This document shows positions 31,678 through 44,211 of a stretch of 64,000 bases of DNA, piece after piece. The DNA lies in NCBI RefSeq assembly GCF_009914755.1, contig NC_060928.1; one strand, given 5' to 3'. Under the pieces are notes generated by a model. It was given only the letters and a program-made list of their open reading frames with translations, was not told the DNA's origin and ran no database searches. The position numbers and the translations under genes were made by a program. Numbering within the stretch: position 1 is the first letter of the stretch; every line of letters starts with the position of its first letter. The DNA is from the human T2T-CHM13v2.0 reference genome, Homo sapiens.

Positions 31678-32124
31678 GCATTGGTTAGTGACAATAGAGG
31701 GAAGAAGAAATTTTTCTAAATGAAACTGGGTGTGGTATGTAAGTAGATTTTAGACATTGAAAAAATATAAAATATTCACTACATAAAATGTGTACTCCTA
31801 TTTTTAATATTGCACTCTGCTTAGACAAAGGAAGATTATATTTGTCTTTGTGAGTAAGCAATGCTTAATTACTTATGTAGTGTTAATGTTTTAAGATAGT
31901 CTAGTAAGACTTCCAGTTTAAGTATAAAGAAGTAGCTAAAAAAAGGAAAGCTTCCGTTCCTATATTAGAAAAAAGCTGAACATGCAGCAAATTAATGACT
32001 TTTTGTGAAACTATCAAATAATAGATATTATAAGACAAATGGCCTTCCCAAAGTAAGAGAGACACCTTCAGGGAGAGACAGGAGCTAAGCATTTGCTATC
32101 TGAGGAACAAAATCTCTTGGTACC

Positions 32125-32566
32125 TGTGATGGTTAATATTGAGTGTCAATTTGATGGGATTGAAGGATGCAAAGTATTGTTCCTGGGTGTGTCTGTTAGG
32201 GTGTTGCCAAAGGAGATTAACATTTGAGTCAGTGGATTGGGAAAGGCAGACTCATCCTCAATCTGGGCACAAGCTAATCAGCTGCCAATGCAGCCAGAAT
32301 TAAAGCAGGCAGAAGAACATGGAAAGACTAGACTGGTTTAGTCTTCTGGCTTACATCTTTCTCCCATGCTGGATGCTTCCTGCCCTCAAACGTCAGACTC
32401 CAAGTTCTTCAGCTTTGGCACTTGGACTGGCTTCCTTGCTCCTCAACTTGCAGACAGCCTATTGTGGGACCTTACCTTGTGATTGTGTGAGTCAATACTC
32501 CTTAATAAACTCTCCTTTATATATACATCTATCCTATTTTTTTTCCGTCTAGAGAACCCTAATACA
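32125..32566 (+). mobile_element. MLT2A (HERV-L) solo LTR
   Basis: TGTGATGGTTAATATTGAGTGTCAATTTGATGGGATTGAAGGATGCAAAGTATTGTTCCTGGGTGTGTCTG...AATAAACTC...CTAGAGAACCCTAATACA. Confidence 0.92.
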
Positions 32567-32891
32567 ATATCATATCATCTTAAAGTGACAATAAACTAAA
32601 AATTTTGATAAATTTCAGAGGATAAGTGTGGGCTGGTATGAGAATGAGAATCTCTTGGAGGATGCAATCATAGGGTTAGTTCCCACTCTTTTAGAGGCTT
32701 TTGCTCTGAGAAACTCCAGGCTGTCACAAAGAGAATGAAGAAGGTTGCTGATAAAGGTCACCTATTGAGAATGGCCATCCAGATCCATCTCCCTCACTAA
32801 TCTGTGGAGGGAAGAGAACAACTTGAGGATACATGTCAAGTCCCATCTCAGTTGGAAGAAGGGAACTTGAGCAAACTCCAGTTACCCTGTC

Positions 32892-33297
32892 TGTATTGGT
32901 TTGCTATGGTTGCCATAAAATATATCACAGACTGGGTGGTTATAACAATATAAATTTATTTTCTAACAGGTCTGAAAACTAAAAGTTCAAGATCAGGCCG
33001 TCTACAGGTTTTGTTTCTTCTGCAGCCTCTTCCCTTGGCTTGTAGATGGCTGCCTTCTTGCTGTGTCCTCACATGGACTTTTCTCTGTGTGTTTACAGTC
33101 TTGATGGTGCCTCTTTGGGTGTCCTAATATTCTTTTCTTATAGACACCAGTCAGACTGAATTAGGGCCCACCCTAACACTTCATTTTAACCTAAACATGT
33201 CTTTAAAGGCTCTGGTTTCAAATACAGTCACTTGCAGAGATACTAGGGCTTAAGGTGTCAACATTTGAATTGTGTGTGATACGATTCAGCTACAACA
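32892..33297 (-). mobile_element. MLT1A/B-type MaLR solo LTR
   Basis: TGTATTGGTTTGCTATGGTTGCCATAAAATATATCACAGACTGGGTGG...TTAGGGCCCACCCTAA...CAAATACAGTCAC. Confidence 0.82.
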
Positions 33298-33799
33298 CTA
33301 TATCACCTAAAAGTAAAAGGCACAAGTATTAGTTTGCAAAGAAGGACACCTCAAACACATAGACTGAGAACACTGGAAGACGTCATCAGAGCTGAGAACA
33401 AAATAGGGGAAGGATTAAAAAAGCTATACCTATGAAGGTAGAACAGAAACATTTGTGAATGTCATACTAAGATACAGGCTCACTGTGTACATTAGTGACT
33501 GAGACTTACTCATAACCTTATCATATGCTCCCCTCCCCTACATCTACTACCACATTAATAGGCCTCTAGCAATAATGCCAAGAGTTTTTAGCTAGGTGAT
33601 CTGTAAAACGCACACTTTTTCTGTGGAGTGGTAGAAAGGGAAGATTCAGAATCAGGAGTAGAGAGACAAATAAGGTCACTATATGAGTCTGGGGTCTCTA
33701 GTATGCATAGCAACACCATACTTTAAAAATAGCGCAGCCTCTGACTAGGTTAGTATAAATCCCCACTTTAGAGGCCTATTCCTCAGTATTCACTGACCC

Positions 33800-34770
33800 A
33801 TACAACATACCCAGCTTTCAACAACAACAACAACAAAATTGCAAAGAATGACAAAAAGTAAAGAAAAAATAGAAAAAATAAAGGAATTGTTACCATCAGA
33901 CTATGACACAAATATTGATATTATCACACAGATTTTAAAATAACTATGATTAATGTGTTGAAGTTCTATGGAAAAGATAGTAAAACATGCTAGATGAGAT
34001 AGGTAATTTTAGCACAAAGATGGAATCTATAAGAAATAATCAGAAATATTAGAAATCGAAAATGCTGTAACAGGCATAAAAATGCTCAGTGAGCTCATCA
34101 GTAGACTCAAACAGACAAGGAAAGAGTAAGTAAACTTGAAAATAGGGCTATAGAAATTAGACAAATTGAGATGTAAAGCAAAAAATTGTTTTAAAAAAGC
34201 AAAGCATATATTCCGCAATATAACCTCCAATGATGCAGCATATATAGTTGAAAACCAAATGGAAAAGAAAGTGAGAACACAGAAATCGTACTTGAAGAAA
34301 TAGTGGCTTTAAAATTTCCAAAATAAGTAACAGACAGCAACCTAGAACTTCAAGCTCAGAGAACATCAAAGAAAATAAATACCAAAAAAACAAGCAAATG
34401 ACCTAGGCATATTATTTCCAAACTGCAAAAATAAATAAACAAATAAATAAATAAATAAAAGACAAAATCTTGAAGGCGATTGAAGGGTGGACTGGGGGAT
34501 AGTGGGGGCACTGTACCAACAAGGGAAAAATATAAGAATTATGGCAGACTTCTCATTAGAAACCAGGCAAACAAGAAGAAAATGCAGTAAGGTCTTCAAA
34601 GTTAAAAAAAAAAAAAAAAAAAAAAAAGAAGTGTTCAGTTTAGACATCTATATCCAGAAAAATTATCTTCAAAGGTGAAAGATAAATAAATACTTTCTTA
34701 GGCAAAGAAAATCTGATTTCATTGACAACAGACCTATCCTCCAAGATAGTTTATAAGAAGATGTTCAGAC
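33800..34770 (+). mobile_element. Old L1M ORF1 fragment
   Basis: A-rich L1 ORF1 text; ORF 34487..34678 contains KNIRIMADFSLETRQTRRKCSKVFKV. Confidence 0.75.
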
Positions 34771-34775
34771 TGTTA

Positions 34776-35966
34776 TCAGCAAGATGGCAGAATAGGAAGT
34801 TCCTAGCTAGTCTAGTCCAACACAAACAATAATCTAACAGTCACCGATGGAAAAAAGTACCTTTCTGGGAGCTTTCAGATCCAGGAAGGATATTATAAAA
34901 TCTCAGTGAAGCAAAATTCCAGGGAGAGCTGCTTTAAGAAGGCAGGCCCAACCTTCATGGTAGGCTCACCAAACATGGGGCCAGCTGTAGACCAAGAACA
35001 GCCCATCCCTCTGTGGACTTTGCTTGAGCCCTACTTGGCTGCAGTCCTGCAGCTAGCCCCGTCGATGAAGGAAACCAGGAGAAGTCATGCTTGTCTATGC
35101 CCCAGTAACAGGTCCACTAGTAATGGACTTGACCATGGATTCTAAAGCAGCCCTGTGATATGGCTCAAGGCCTACTCTGCTGGTCCAGAGTGAATCCTTC
35201 CTTCACAGGTATCTGGTAGGAAACACACTGTTTACAAGCCTGACAACTGGTCCTGACTGCAAATACGGAAGTGATACTGTAACCCGGCTCCAGCCTTGCT
35301 CTCCTCCCACCCAGGGATCCAGCAATGCCTCTACAAGTCCCTGGGAGCAATCTTGTTGACCTCAGTCCTAGTTGTAAACCCCAAAGTCAGTCCCAGCTCT
35401 GGAGCTTGAAGCAGCACTGATAATACTAGCCCCATTTGGCTGTGATCTGGGGTAGCACTAACCCTCCACACAAGGAAATTGACAGGCAATATGCTCATCT
35501 GAGCCCCTGGTATAGATCCACTGACCAGTTTCTGACTACAGACTCTAAAATAGCCTTGTAACGTTATTGCTGGTCTAGTCAGTCTTGCCAACTCAGGAAC
35601 CGGATAGGTGCCACACTTGTTCTCACACCTGGTAACAGGCTCACTACCTGTGGACTCAACTGCAGACACAAAAGAGACCCAGTCACATAGTTCCAGCCCT
35701 ACTGAATAGTGGTTCCAAACGCAGTTCAATTCAATTGAATCAGGAAAATAATTCATTATCCAAATGAGAAACTCAACAAAGAGAGATATGCCATTAAAAT
35801 AAAAACAACAAAACAGAAAACTTGGAGTTGAATAACTAAATGAATAAAATAGATATACAATTGAGAGATTCAAACTCAGATTAGATCAATCAGAAGAATA
35901 CATTTCTCAACTTGAAGACAAGTCTTTTAAAATAACCCACTCAGAGGAAATAAAAAATAAAAAAAA
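34776..35966 (+). mobile_element. L1M(A) 5' UTR and start of ORF1 (internally deleted)
   Basis: An L1 start CAGCAAGATGGCAGAATAGGAAG and a GC-richer 5' UTR joined abruptly (~35725) to ORF1 coiled-coil text (AATGAGAAACTCAACAAAGAG...GAAGACAAGTCTTTTAAAATAACCCACTCAGAGG). Confidence 0.7.
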
Positions 35967-36351
35967 TGTATTAGTCAATTCTCACACTGCTATAAAGAAT
36001 ACCTGAGACTGGGTAATTTATAAAGGAAACGGGTTTGATTGACTCACAGTTCCACATGGCATGGAAGCCTCAGGAAACTTACAATCATGGCAGAAGATGA
36101 AGGAGAAGCAAGTACCTTCTTCACAAGGTGGCAGGAGAGAAAGTGAAGGGAGAAAGAGCTCCTTCTAAAACCATCAGATCTCATGAGAACTCACTCATGA
36201 GAACTCACTCACTGTCACAAGAAAAGCATGGGGGATACCACCGCCATGATCCAATCACCACCCAGCAGGTTCCTCCCCTGACATGTGGGGATTACAACTT
36301 GGATTACAATTTGAGATGATATTTGGGTGGGGACACAGCCAAACCATATCA
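35967..36351 (-). mobile_element. MSTA/THE1D-type MaLR LTR
   Basis: TGTATTAGTCAATTCTCACACTGCTATAAAGAATACCTGAGACTGGG...GGGGACACAGCCAAACCATATCA; no TSD (flanks AAAAA/TTATT). Confidence 0.9.
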
Positions 36352-37238
36352 TTATTTCTCATTCATTTGTGAAAAATAGCTTTTCTGGATGCAGTATTAT
36401 TGACTGCGGTTTTTTTCTCTCAGCACTTTGAATAAATCATCCCAGTCTTTCCTGGCCTGCAAGAATTCTGTTGAGCAATCTGCTAATAGTTTTATAGGGA
36501 TTCCTTTATATACATGACCTAATGCTTTTCTCTTGCAGCTTTTAGAATTCTGTTTGTTTTTGACTTTTGGCCATTTGATTATAATGTGCCTCAGAGAGGA
36601 TCACTTTGGGTAAAATTTCACTGGGAACATTTGAGCCTCCTGAATTTGGAAGAATATCTCTTCCAATGCTTGGAAAGTTTTCAGCTATTATTTTGTTAAA
36701 TAGATGTTTTGTGCCTTTCTTAATCTTATTTTCTTTCAGCATTTCTATAATACAAATATTTGTTTACTTAATGTTGTACCATAAGTTCTGCAGCCTTTTG
36801 TATTCATTTTTTCAAATTTTTTTCCTCTGAATGAGTTATTTTAAAAGACTTGTCTTCAAGTTCAGAAATTTATTCTTCTGATTGATCTAATCTGAGTTTG
36901 AATCTCTCAATTGTATATCTATTTTATTCATTGAGTTATTCAACTCCAAGATTTCTGTTTTGTTGTTGTTTTATTTTTAATAGCATATCTTTGTTGAATT
37001 TCTCATTTGGATAATGAATTATTTTCCTGATTCAATTAAATTGAACTGCCTTTGGAACCACTATTCAGCAGGGCTGGAACTATGTGACTGAGTCTCTTTT
37101 GTATCTGCAGTTGAGCCCACAGACAGTGAGCCTGCTACCAGGTGTGAGAACAAGCAGGCACCTATCCAGTTCCTGAGTTGGCAAGACTGACTAGACCAGC
37201 ACTAAAGTTACAAGGCTGTTTCAGAGTCTGTAGTCAGA
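36352..37238 (-). mobile_element. Inverted L1 segment (part of 5' UTR plus ORF1)
   Basis: Minus-strand ORF 36542..36742 (KHLFNKIIAENFPSIGRD) is L1 ORF1; the segment includes the right arm of the inverted repeat. Confidence 0.85.
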
Positions 37239-37295
37239 TCACTCTTGCTATGCTTTAGCAAAGAGACTGGAGGCATTGTGCCCCTGCCCTAGAGA

Positions 37296-39502
37296 GGGCA
37301 GAAAATAGAGGCTAGAAAAATAAGAAATGATCAATAAAATTCAGAGCCAGTTTTTTAAAAGATAAAATTAACAAAACTTTAGAATAACTAAGAGAAAAAG
37401 AGAAACAAATAAAATCCGAAATAAAAGAAAAGATATAACTGATACCACAGTGATATAAAGGATCCCCTTCAGTGATCTTATGAATGGATAACTTCAAATA
37501 AGTGGATAAATTCCTAGAAACATACAACCTAACAACACCAAATCATGAAGAAATAGAAAGACTGAACATAGCAATAATGAGTAAGGATATTAAATCAGTA
37601 ATCAAAAATCTCCCAAAAACAACAATAACAAAAACAGAACTACATGGCTTCATTGGGTAATTTTATGAAACAATTAAAGTTGAATTAATACCAATTCCAA
37701 TAATTCCAAAATCTCCACCAAAAAAACAATAAATAAATAAATAAAGAGAAGGGAATACTTCAAAAGTCAGTTTACAAGGCCAGCATTACCTTGACAGAAA
37801 AACTATAGAAAGATACTACAAGAAAAAAAAACTCTTGGTCCTGATAAATATAGATGCAATACTGCACAACAAAAATACAAGCAGACTGAGTTCAACAACA
37901 TTATCCCTTATACGTTATATATTGTGATCAATTGGGGATCATTCCAGGGATGCAAAAATGATTCTGCATACACAAATCAATCAATGTGACACATCAATTT
38001 AACATAATTAAGGAAAAAAATGTTTGTCTCAATAGATGCATAAAAAAAATTTAACAGAATACAACATTCTTTCATCTCTCACCAAATTAGGTACAAAAGG
38101 AATGTACCTCAACACAATATACACCATATATGACAAGCCAACAGCTAACATTAGACTTAAAGATGAAAAGATTAATGCTTTACTTCTAACATCGGGAACA
38201 CAAGAATGTCCCCACTGGCCCCTTTAATCAATATAGTACTGGAAGTTCTAATCAGAGCAATTAGAAAAGGAATAGAAATAAAATACATCCAAATTGGGGG
38301 AAAAAAGTAATATTGTTCCTGCAGAAAACATCATCTTATATATAGAAAAAAAACCCAAGACTATGAAATAAACTGATAGAATTAATAAACCAATAGATAA
38401 ATATAGTAAAGTTATAGGATACTAAATGAACATATTCATTAAGTTAAATTTTTATCCCCTATTAACAAACACTTAAAAAAATAGAGAACAATCCCATTTA
38501 CAATAACGTCAAAAGGAATTGAGTACTTAGGAATAAATTTAACCAGGAATATAAATTATTTGTACCATGATAACTATTAAATGATGAAAGAAATTGCAGA
38601 AGACCCAAATAAGTGGAAAGCTATCCTGTGTTTCTGGATCAGAAGGGCTAATATTGTTAAAACGTTCATGCTATCCAGAACAGTCTGCAGATTCAATTCT
38701 ATTCCTATCAAAATTCCAATAATATTTTTCAAAGAAATAGAAAAAAAATACTAAAATTCACATGAAACCAGAAAGGGTGCTGTAGCCACAGCAATCTTTA
38801 GTGAAAAGAACAAAACTGAAAATATCACACTACCTGGCTTCAAATACACTACAACGCTACTGTAATCAAAACAGAATGGTACTGTCAGAAAAACAGACAG
38901 AGTCCTGTGGAACATAATAGAGAACCCAGGAGTGCACTTATTGTCCTTTGACCTTTGTCAAATGTGCTGAGAAAACAAGATGGAGAAAGGACAGTCTCTT
39001 TAACAAAAGGTTTTGAAACAACTGGATAGCCACTGGCAGAAGAATAACATTGTACTCTTATTTCACACCATATAAAATATCAACTTAAAAGTGAATTTAA
39101 AAAATTAAATATAAACTTGAAACTGTAAAACTATTAGAAGAATAAATAGCAGAAAGATCCTTGACACTGGTGTGGTCAATGATGTTTTGGAAATGGCTCC
39201 AAAAGTATAGGCAACAAAAACAAAATAGACAAATTGGATTCCTCCAAACTAAAAAGCTTATGCACAGCAAAGGAAACAATCAGTAACCTATGGAATAAGA
39301 AAAAAAATTACAAACCATACATCTGACTAGGGGTGGATCCTTCATAAATAGTTTAGCAAGAAAATAAATAACCTTATTTTTAAATAAACAAAAGAGATGA
39401 ATAAACATTTGTGAGAAGGAAGCACATCCATGACCAAAAGTATATGAAAAATTGCTCAGCATCACTAATTATCAGGAAAACACAAATTCAAACCATAATG
39501 GC
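37296..39502 (+). mobile_element. Old L1MA ORF2 region (EN domain absent), left of the MaLR insertion
   Basis: GGATAAATTCCTAGAAACATACAACCTA; ORF 38036..38227 (KLGTKGMYLNTIYTIYDKPTANIRL) is RT-region text. Confidence 0.85.
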
Positions 39503-42500
39503 TAATATGGTTTGTATCTATGTCCCCAGCCAAATCTCATGTTCAATTGCAATCTTCAGTGTTGGAGGTGGGGCCTGGTCGAAGGTGATTGGATCATAGG
39601 GGTGGATCCTTAATGAATAGTTTAGCATCATCCTTTTGGTGCTGTTCTCATTATAGTGATCTCAGCAGATCTAGTGGTTTAAAAGTATATAGCATACCTC
39701 CCACCCCCAATTCTCTGTTGCTCCTGCTCCAGACATGTAAGATACACCTGCTTTCCCTTCATTTTCTGCCCTGATTGTAACTTTCCTGAGGCCACCCAAG
39801 AAGCCAAGCAGATGCCAGAATCATGTTTCCTACACAATCTGAAGAAACCATGAGCTGATGAAATCTCTTTTCTTTATAAATTATCCAGTCTCAGACATTT
39901 CTTTATAGAAGTGTGAGAAAAAACTAATACAGAAAATTTGCACAAGAATTGGGGTATTGCTATAAAGATACCTGAAAATGTGGATGCAGCTTTGGAACTG
40001 GGTGAAGGACAGAGGTAACATTTTTGAGGGCTCAGAAAAAGACAGGAAGATGAGAGAAAGTATGGAACTTCCTAGAGACTTGTTGAATTGTTGTGACCAA
40101 AATGCTGAGAGTGATGTGGACAATGAAGTAGAAGCTGATGAGATCTCAGAAAAAAAAAAACAAGGAATTTATTGGGAACTAGAGCAAAGGTCACTTTTGT
40201 TGTACATCAGCAAACAACCTGGCAGCATTGTGCTCCTGCTCTAGGGAACATGAAACTTCCAACTTCAGAGTAATGATTTAGGGTAACTGGTGTAAGAAAT
40301 TTCTAAGCAGCAAAATGTTCAAGATGTTGCCTGTTTCTAACAACCTATGCTCATAGTGTGAGCAAAGAAATGACATAAAACAGGAACTTAATTTAAAGGG
40401 AAACCAGAGTGTTAAAGTTTGAAAAACTTGCAGTCCAGTTATGTGGTAAAATAGAAAAGTCCATTTTCAGGGGAGAAATTCAAGCAGGCTGCAAAAATTT
40501 GCATAAGTTAAAAGGAGCCAACTGGGGAAATGGCCTTGAAAACATTTTAGAGACCTTCACGGCACCCCCTACCATGACAGGCTTGGAGGCCTGGGAAGGA
40601 AGAATGGTGTTTTGAAACAGGCCCTGGGTCCTGCTGCCCTGTGCAGCCTTGGGACACTGCTCCTGGTATCCCAGCTGCTCCAGCTCCAGCCATGTTTCAA
40701 TGGGACCCTGGTGCAGGTTGTGCTGCTGCTTCAGATGGTGCAAATCATAAGCCTTGGTGGCTTTTCCTTGGTGTGAAGCCTGCAGTTCACAGAGTACAAG
40801 TGTTCAGGCTTGGGGGCCTCCATCTAGATTTCAGAGGAGGTATGGAAAAATCTGGATGTCCAGGCAGAAGCCTGCTATAGGGGGAGAGCCCTCAAGGAGA
40901 ACCACTACCAGGGTGATGTGGAGGGGAAATGTGGGGTTGGAGCCACCACACAAAGTCTCCACTTGGACACTGCCTAGAGGAGCTGTGAGAAGAGGACCAT
41001 CATTCTCCAGACTCCAGAATAATAGAACCACTAGCAGCTTCTGCCTTGTATTTCCTGAGACTGGGTAATTTATAAAGAAAAACGTTGAATTGACTCACAG
41101 TTTCACATGGCTGGGGAGGCCTCAAGAAACATACAATCATGGCAGAAGGCACCTCTTCTCAGGGTGGCCGGAAAGAAAATGAGCGCAACTAGGGGAAATG
41201 CCAGACACTTATAAAACCATCAGACCTCATGGGACTAACTCACTATTATGGGAACAGCATGGAGGAAACTGCTTCCATGATCCAATTACCTCCACCTGGT
41301 CCCACCCTTGACATGTAGGGATAATGAGGATTAAAAGTCAAGAGGAGATTTGGGTGGGGACACAGCCAGACCATGTCCTTCCACTCCTGGCTCCTCCAAA
41401 ATCTCATGTCCTCACATTTCAAAACACAATCATGTCTTTCCAACAGTCCCCCAAGACTTAGCTCATTCTAGTATTAACCCAAATTTCAAGTCCAAAGTTT
41501 CATCTGAGATAAGACAAGTCCCTTCTGCCTATAATCCTGCAAAATCAAAAGCAAGTTAAGTACTTCCTAAGTACAGTGGGGTTACACACATTGGGTAAAT
41601 ACACCACTCCAAATTGGAGAAATTAGCCCAAACAATGGGGCTATAGGCCCAATGCATGTCCAAAATTCAATAGGGCAGACATTAAACCTTAAAGCTCTAA
41701 AATGATCTTTGACTCCATGTCTCACATCAGGTCATGCTGATACAAGAGGTGGGTTCCCACAGCCTTGGACAGCTTTGCTGAAGTGGCTTTGCAGGGTAAC
41801 TCCCCCATCCTGGCTTCTTTCACAGGCTGGCATTGAGTTTCTGTGGCTTTTCCAGATGCACTGTGCAAGCTGTTGGTGGATCTAACGTTCTGGAGTCTGG
41901 AGCATGGTGGCCCTCTTCTGCACTAGCTCCACGAGGCAGTGCCCCAGTGGGGACTCTTTGTGGGGGCACATCCCCACATTTCCCTTCTGAACTGCCCTAG
42001 CAGAACTTCTCCATGAGGGCTCTGCCCCTGCGGAAGACTTCTGCCTGGATATCCAGGCATTTTCATATATCCTCTGAAATCTAAGCAGAGGCTCCCAAAC
42101 TTCAATTCTTGACATCTGTGCACCCACAGGCCCAACACCATGTGAAAGCCACCAAGACTAGGAGCATGCACCCTCTGAAGCAATGGCCTGAGTTGTACAT
42201 TGGCTCCATTAGCCACAGCTAGAAGGCAGGGCACCAATTCCCAAGACCGCACAAAGTGGCAAGGCTCTGGGACCAGCCCACAAAACCATTTTTTCCTCCT
42301 AGGTCTCCAGGCCTGTGATGGAGTGGCTGCCCTGAAGTTTTCTGACATGCCCTGGAGACATTTTTCCCACTGTCTTGGTGATTAACATTCCACTCCTTGT
42401 TACTTATGCACATTTCTATGGCAGGAATAAATTTCTGCCCAGGAAATGGGGTTTTATTTTCTATTGCATTGTGAAGCTGCAAATTTTCCAAAGTTTTATG

Positions 42501-44211
42501 CCCTGCTTTTTTTGATGCTTTGCCTCTTAGAAATTTCTTCTACCAGATATTCTAAATTATCTCTCTTGGGTTCAAAGTTCCACAAATCTCTAGGGCAGGG
42601 GCAAAATGCTTCCAGTCCCTTTGCTAAAGCATAACGAGAGTCACCTTTGCACCAGTTCCCAAGAAGTTCCTTATCTCTATCTGAGACCACCTCAGCCTGG
42701 ACTTTACTGTCCATATCACTATCAGCATTTTGGTCAAAATCATTCAACAAGTCTCTAGGATGTTCCAAACATTCCCACATCTTTCTGTTTTCTCCTGAGT
42801 CCTCCGAACTGTTCCAACCTCTGACTGTTACCCAGTTCCAAAGTCACATCCACATTTTTGGGTATCTTTACAGCAACACCCCACTACCTTGGTACCAATT
42901 TATTGTATTTGGCTGTTCTCACACTGCTTGAAGAAATACCCAAGACTGGGTAATTTATAACAAAAAGAGATTTAATTGACTCACAGGTCCATGAAGCTGG
43001 GGAGGCCTCAGGAAACTTACAATCATGAAGGAAGGCACCTCTTCACAGGGCAGCAGGAGAGAGAATGAGTGCAAACAGTGTAAATGCCAGATACTTATAA
43101 AATGATCAGATCTCATGAGACTCACTCAATATCATGAGAACAGCATGGGGCAAAATGCCTCCATTATCTGATTACCTCTACCTGGTCCTACCCTTGACAT
43201 GTGGGGATTATGGAGATTATAATTCAAGGTGAGATTTTGGATGGGGACACATCCAAACCATACCACACCCACAGACCGGAAGAGCCATAGACACACAACA
43301 CTCATCCAAGGAGCAGATGCAGACACTGTACCCTGCAAAGCCACAGCGACAGAGCTTCCCAAGGCCTTGGGAGCCAACCCTTTGCAACAGTGTGTCCTGG
43401 ATGGGAGGCATGGAGTCAAAGTATATTATTTCAGAGCTTTAATGTTTAATGGCTGCCCTCCTGGGTTCCAGACTCGCATGGGGCCTGTCGTCCCTTTCTT
43501 TTGTCCAATTTCTGGGTTTTTGTTTGTTTGTTTGTTTGTTTTTTGAATGACAGTATTTACCCAATGCCTATACCTCCATTGTATTTTGGAAGTAGCTAAC
43601 TTGTTTTTTTGATTTTACAGGCTCACAGGCAGAAGGGACTACCCTTTCATCAGATAAAATTTTGGACTTTGGACTTTTGAGTTAATGCTGGGATGAGTAA
43701 AGATTCTGGGGACTGCTGTGAAAGGATAATTTTATGTTGTAATGTGAGGAAATGAGATTTGGAAGTAGCCAGGTGCAGAATGTTATGGTTTAAATCTATG
43801 TCCACACTCAAGTGTCATGTTCAATTCTAATCTTCATCATTGGTGGTGGTGCCTGGTGGGAGATGATTGGATGACATGGGTGGATGCATCTTGAATGGTT
43901 TACCACCATCCCTTTTTGTGGGATATCTCTTTGTGATAGAGTTCTCATGAGATCTGGTTGTTTAAAAGTGTGTAGCACCTCCCCACAACAACTTTGCTCC
44001 TGCTCCAGCCATGTAAGACATGCCTGGTTGCCCTTTGCCTTCTTCCATGATTGTACGTTCCTAAGGCCTCCCTAGAAACTGAGCAGATGCCAGGATGCCA
44101 GAATCATACTTCCTATACAGCCTGTGGAACCATGAGCCAATTAAACCTCTTTTTTTTATAAATTATCAGTCTCAGGTATTTTTCCTAGCAGTGAGAGAAC
44201 AGACTAATACA
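39503..44211 (+). mobile_element. MSTB-like two-LTR MaLR provirus (LTRs 39503..39931 and 43781..44211)
   Basis: Two ~430-bp LTRs ending ACTAATACA. The internal region starts GAAAATTTGCACAAGAATTGGGGTATTGCTATAAAGATACCTGAAAATGTGGA. TSD ATGGC/ATGGT. Confidence 0.9.
41047..43265 (-). mobile_element. Nested THE1D/MSTA-like two-LTR MaLR provirus (LTRs 41047..41378 and 42904..43265)
   Basis: Two antisense LTRs (GACTGGGTAATTTATAA...GGGGACACA.CCA.ACCAT) enclose ~1.5 kb of antisense MaLR internal sequence; the outer element's internal sequence resumes at 43266. Confidence 0.9.

Larger units (their letters stand above)
35531..37238. repeat. Long inverted repeat: arms 35531..~35952 and ~36819..37238
   Basis: The right arm is the reverse complement of the left arm over ~420 bp, with about 24 substitutions and 3 small indels counted by eye. 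Confidence 0.93.

Noticed and set aside
39978-43546. Cluster of overlapping 60-140-aa ORFs on both strands
   Set aside because: They are degenerate MaLR internal and LTR sequence in two orientations, with no coherent protein.
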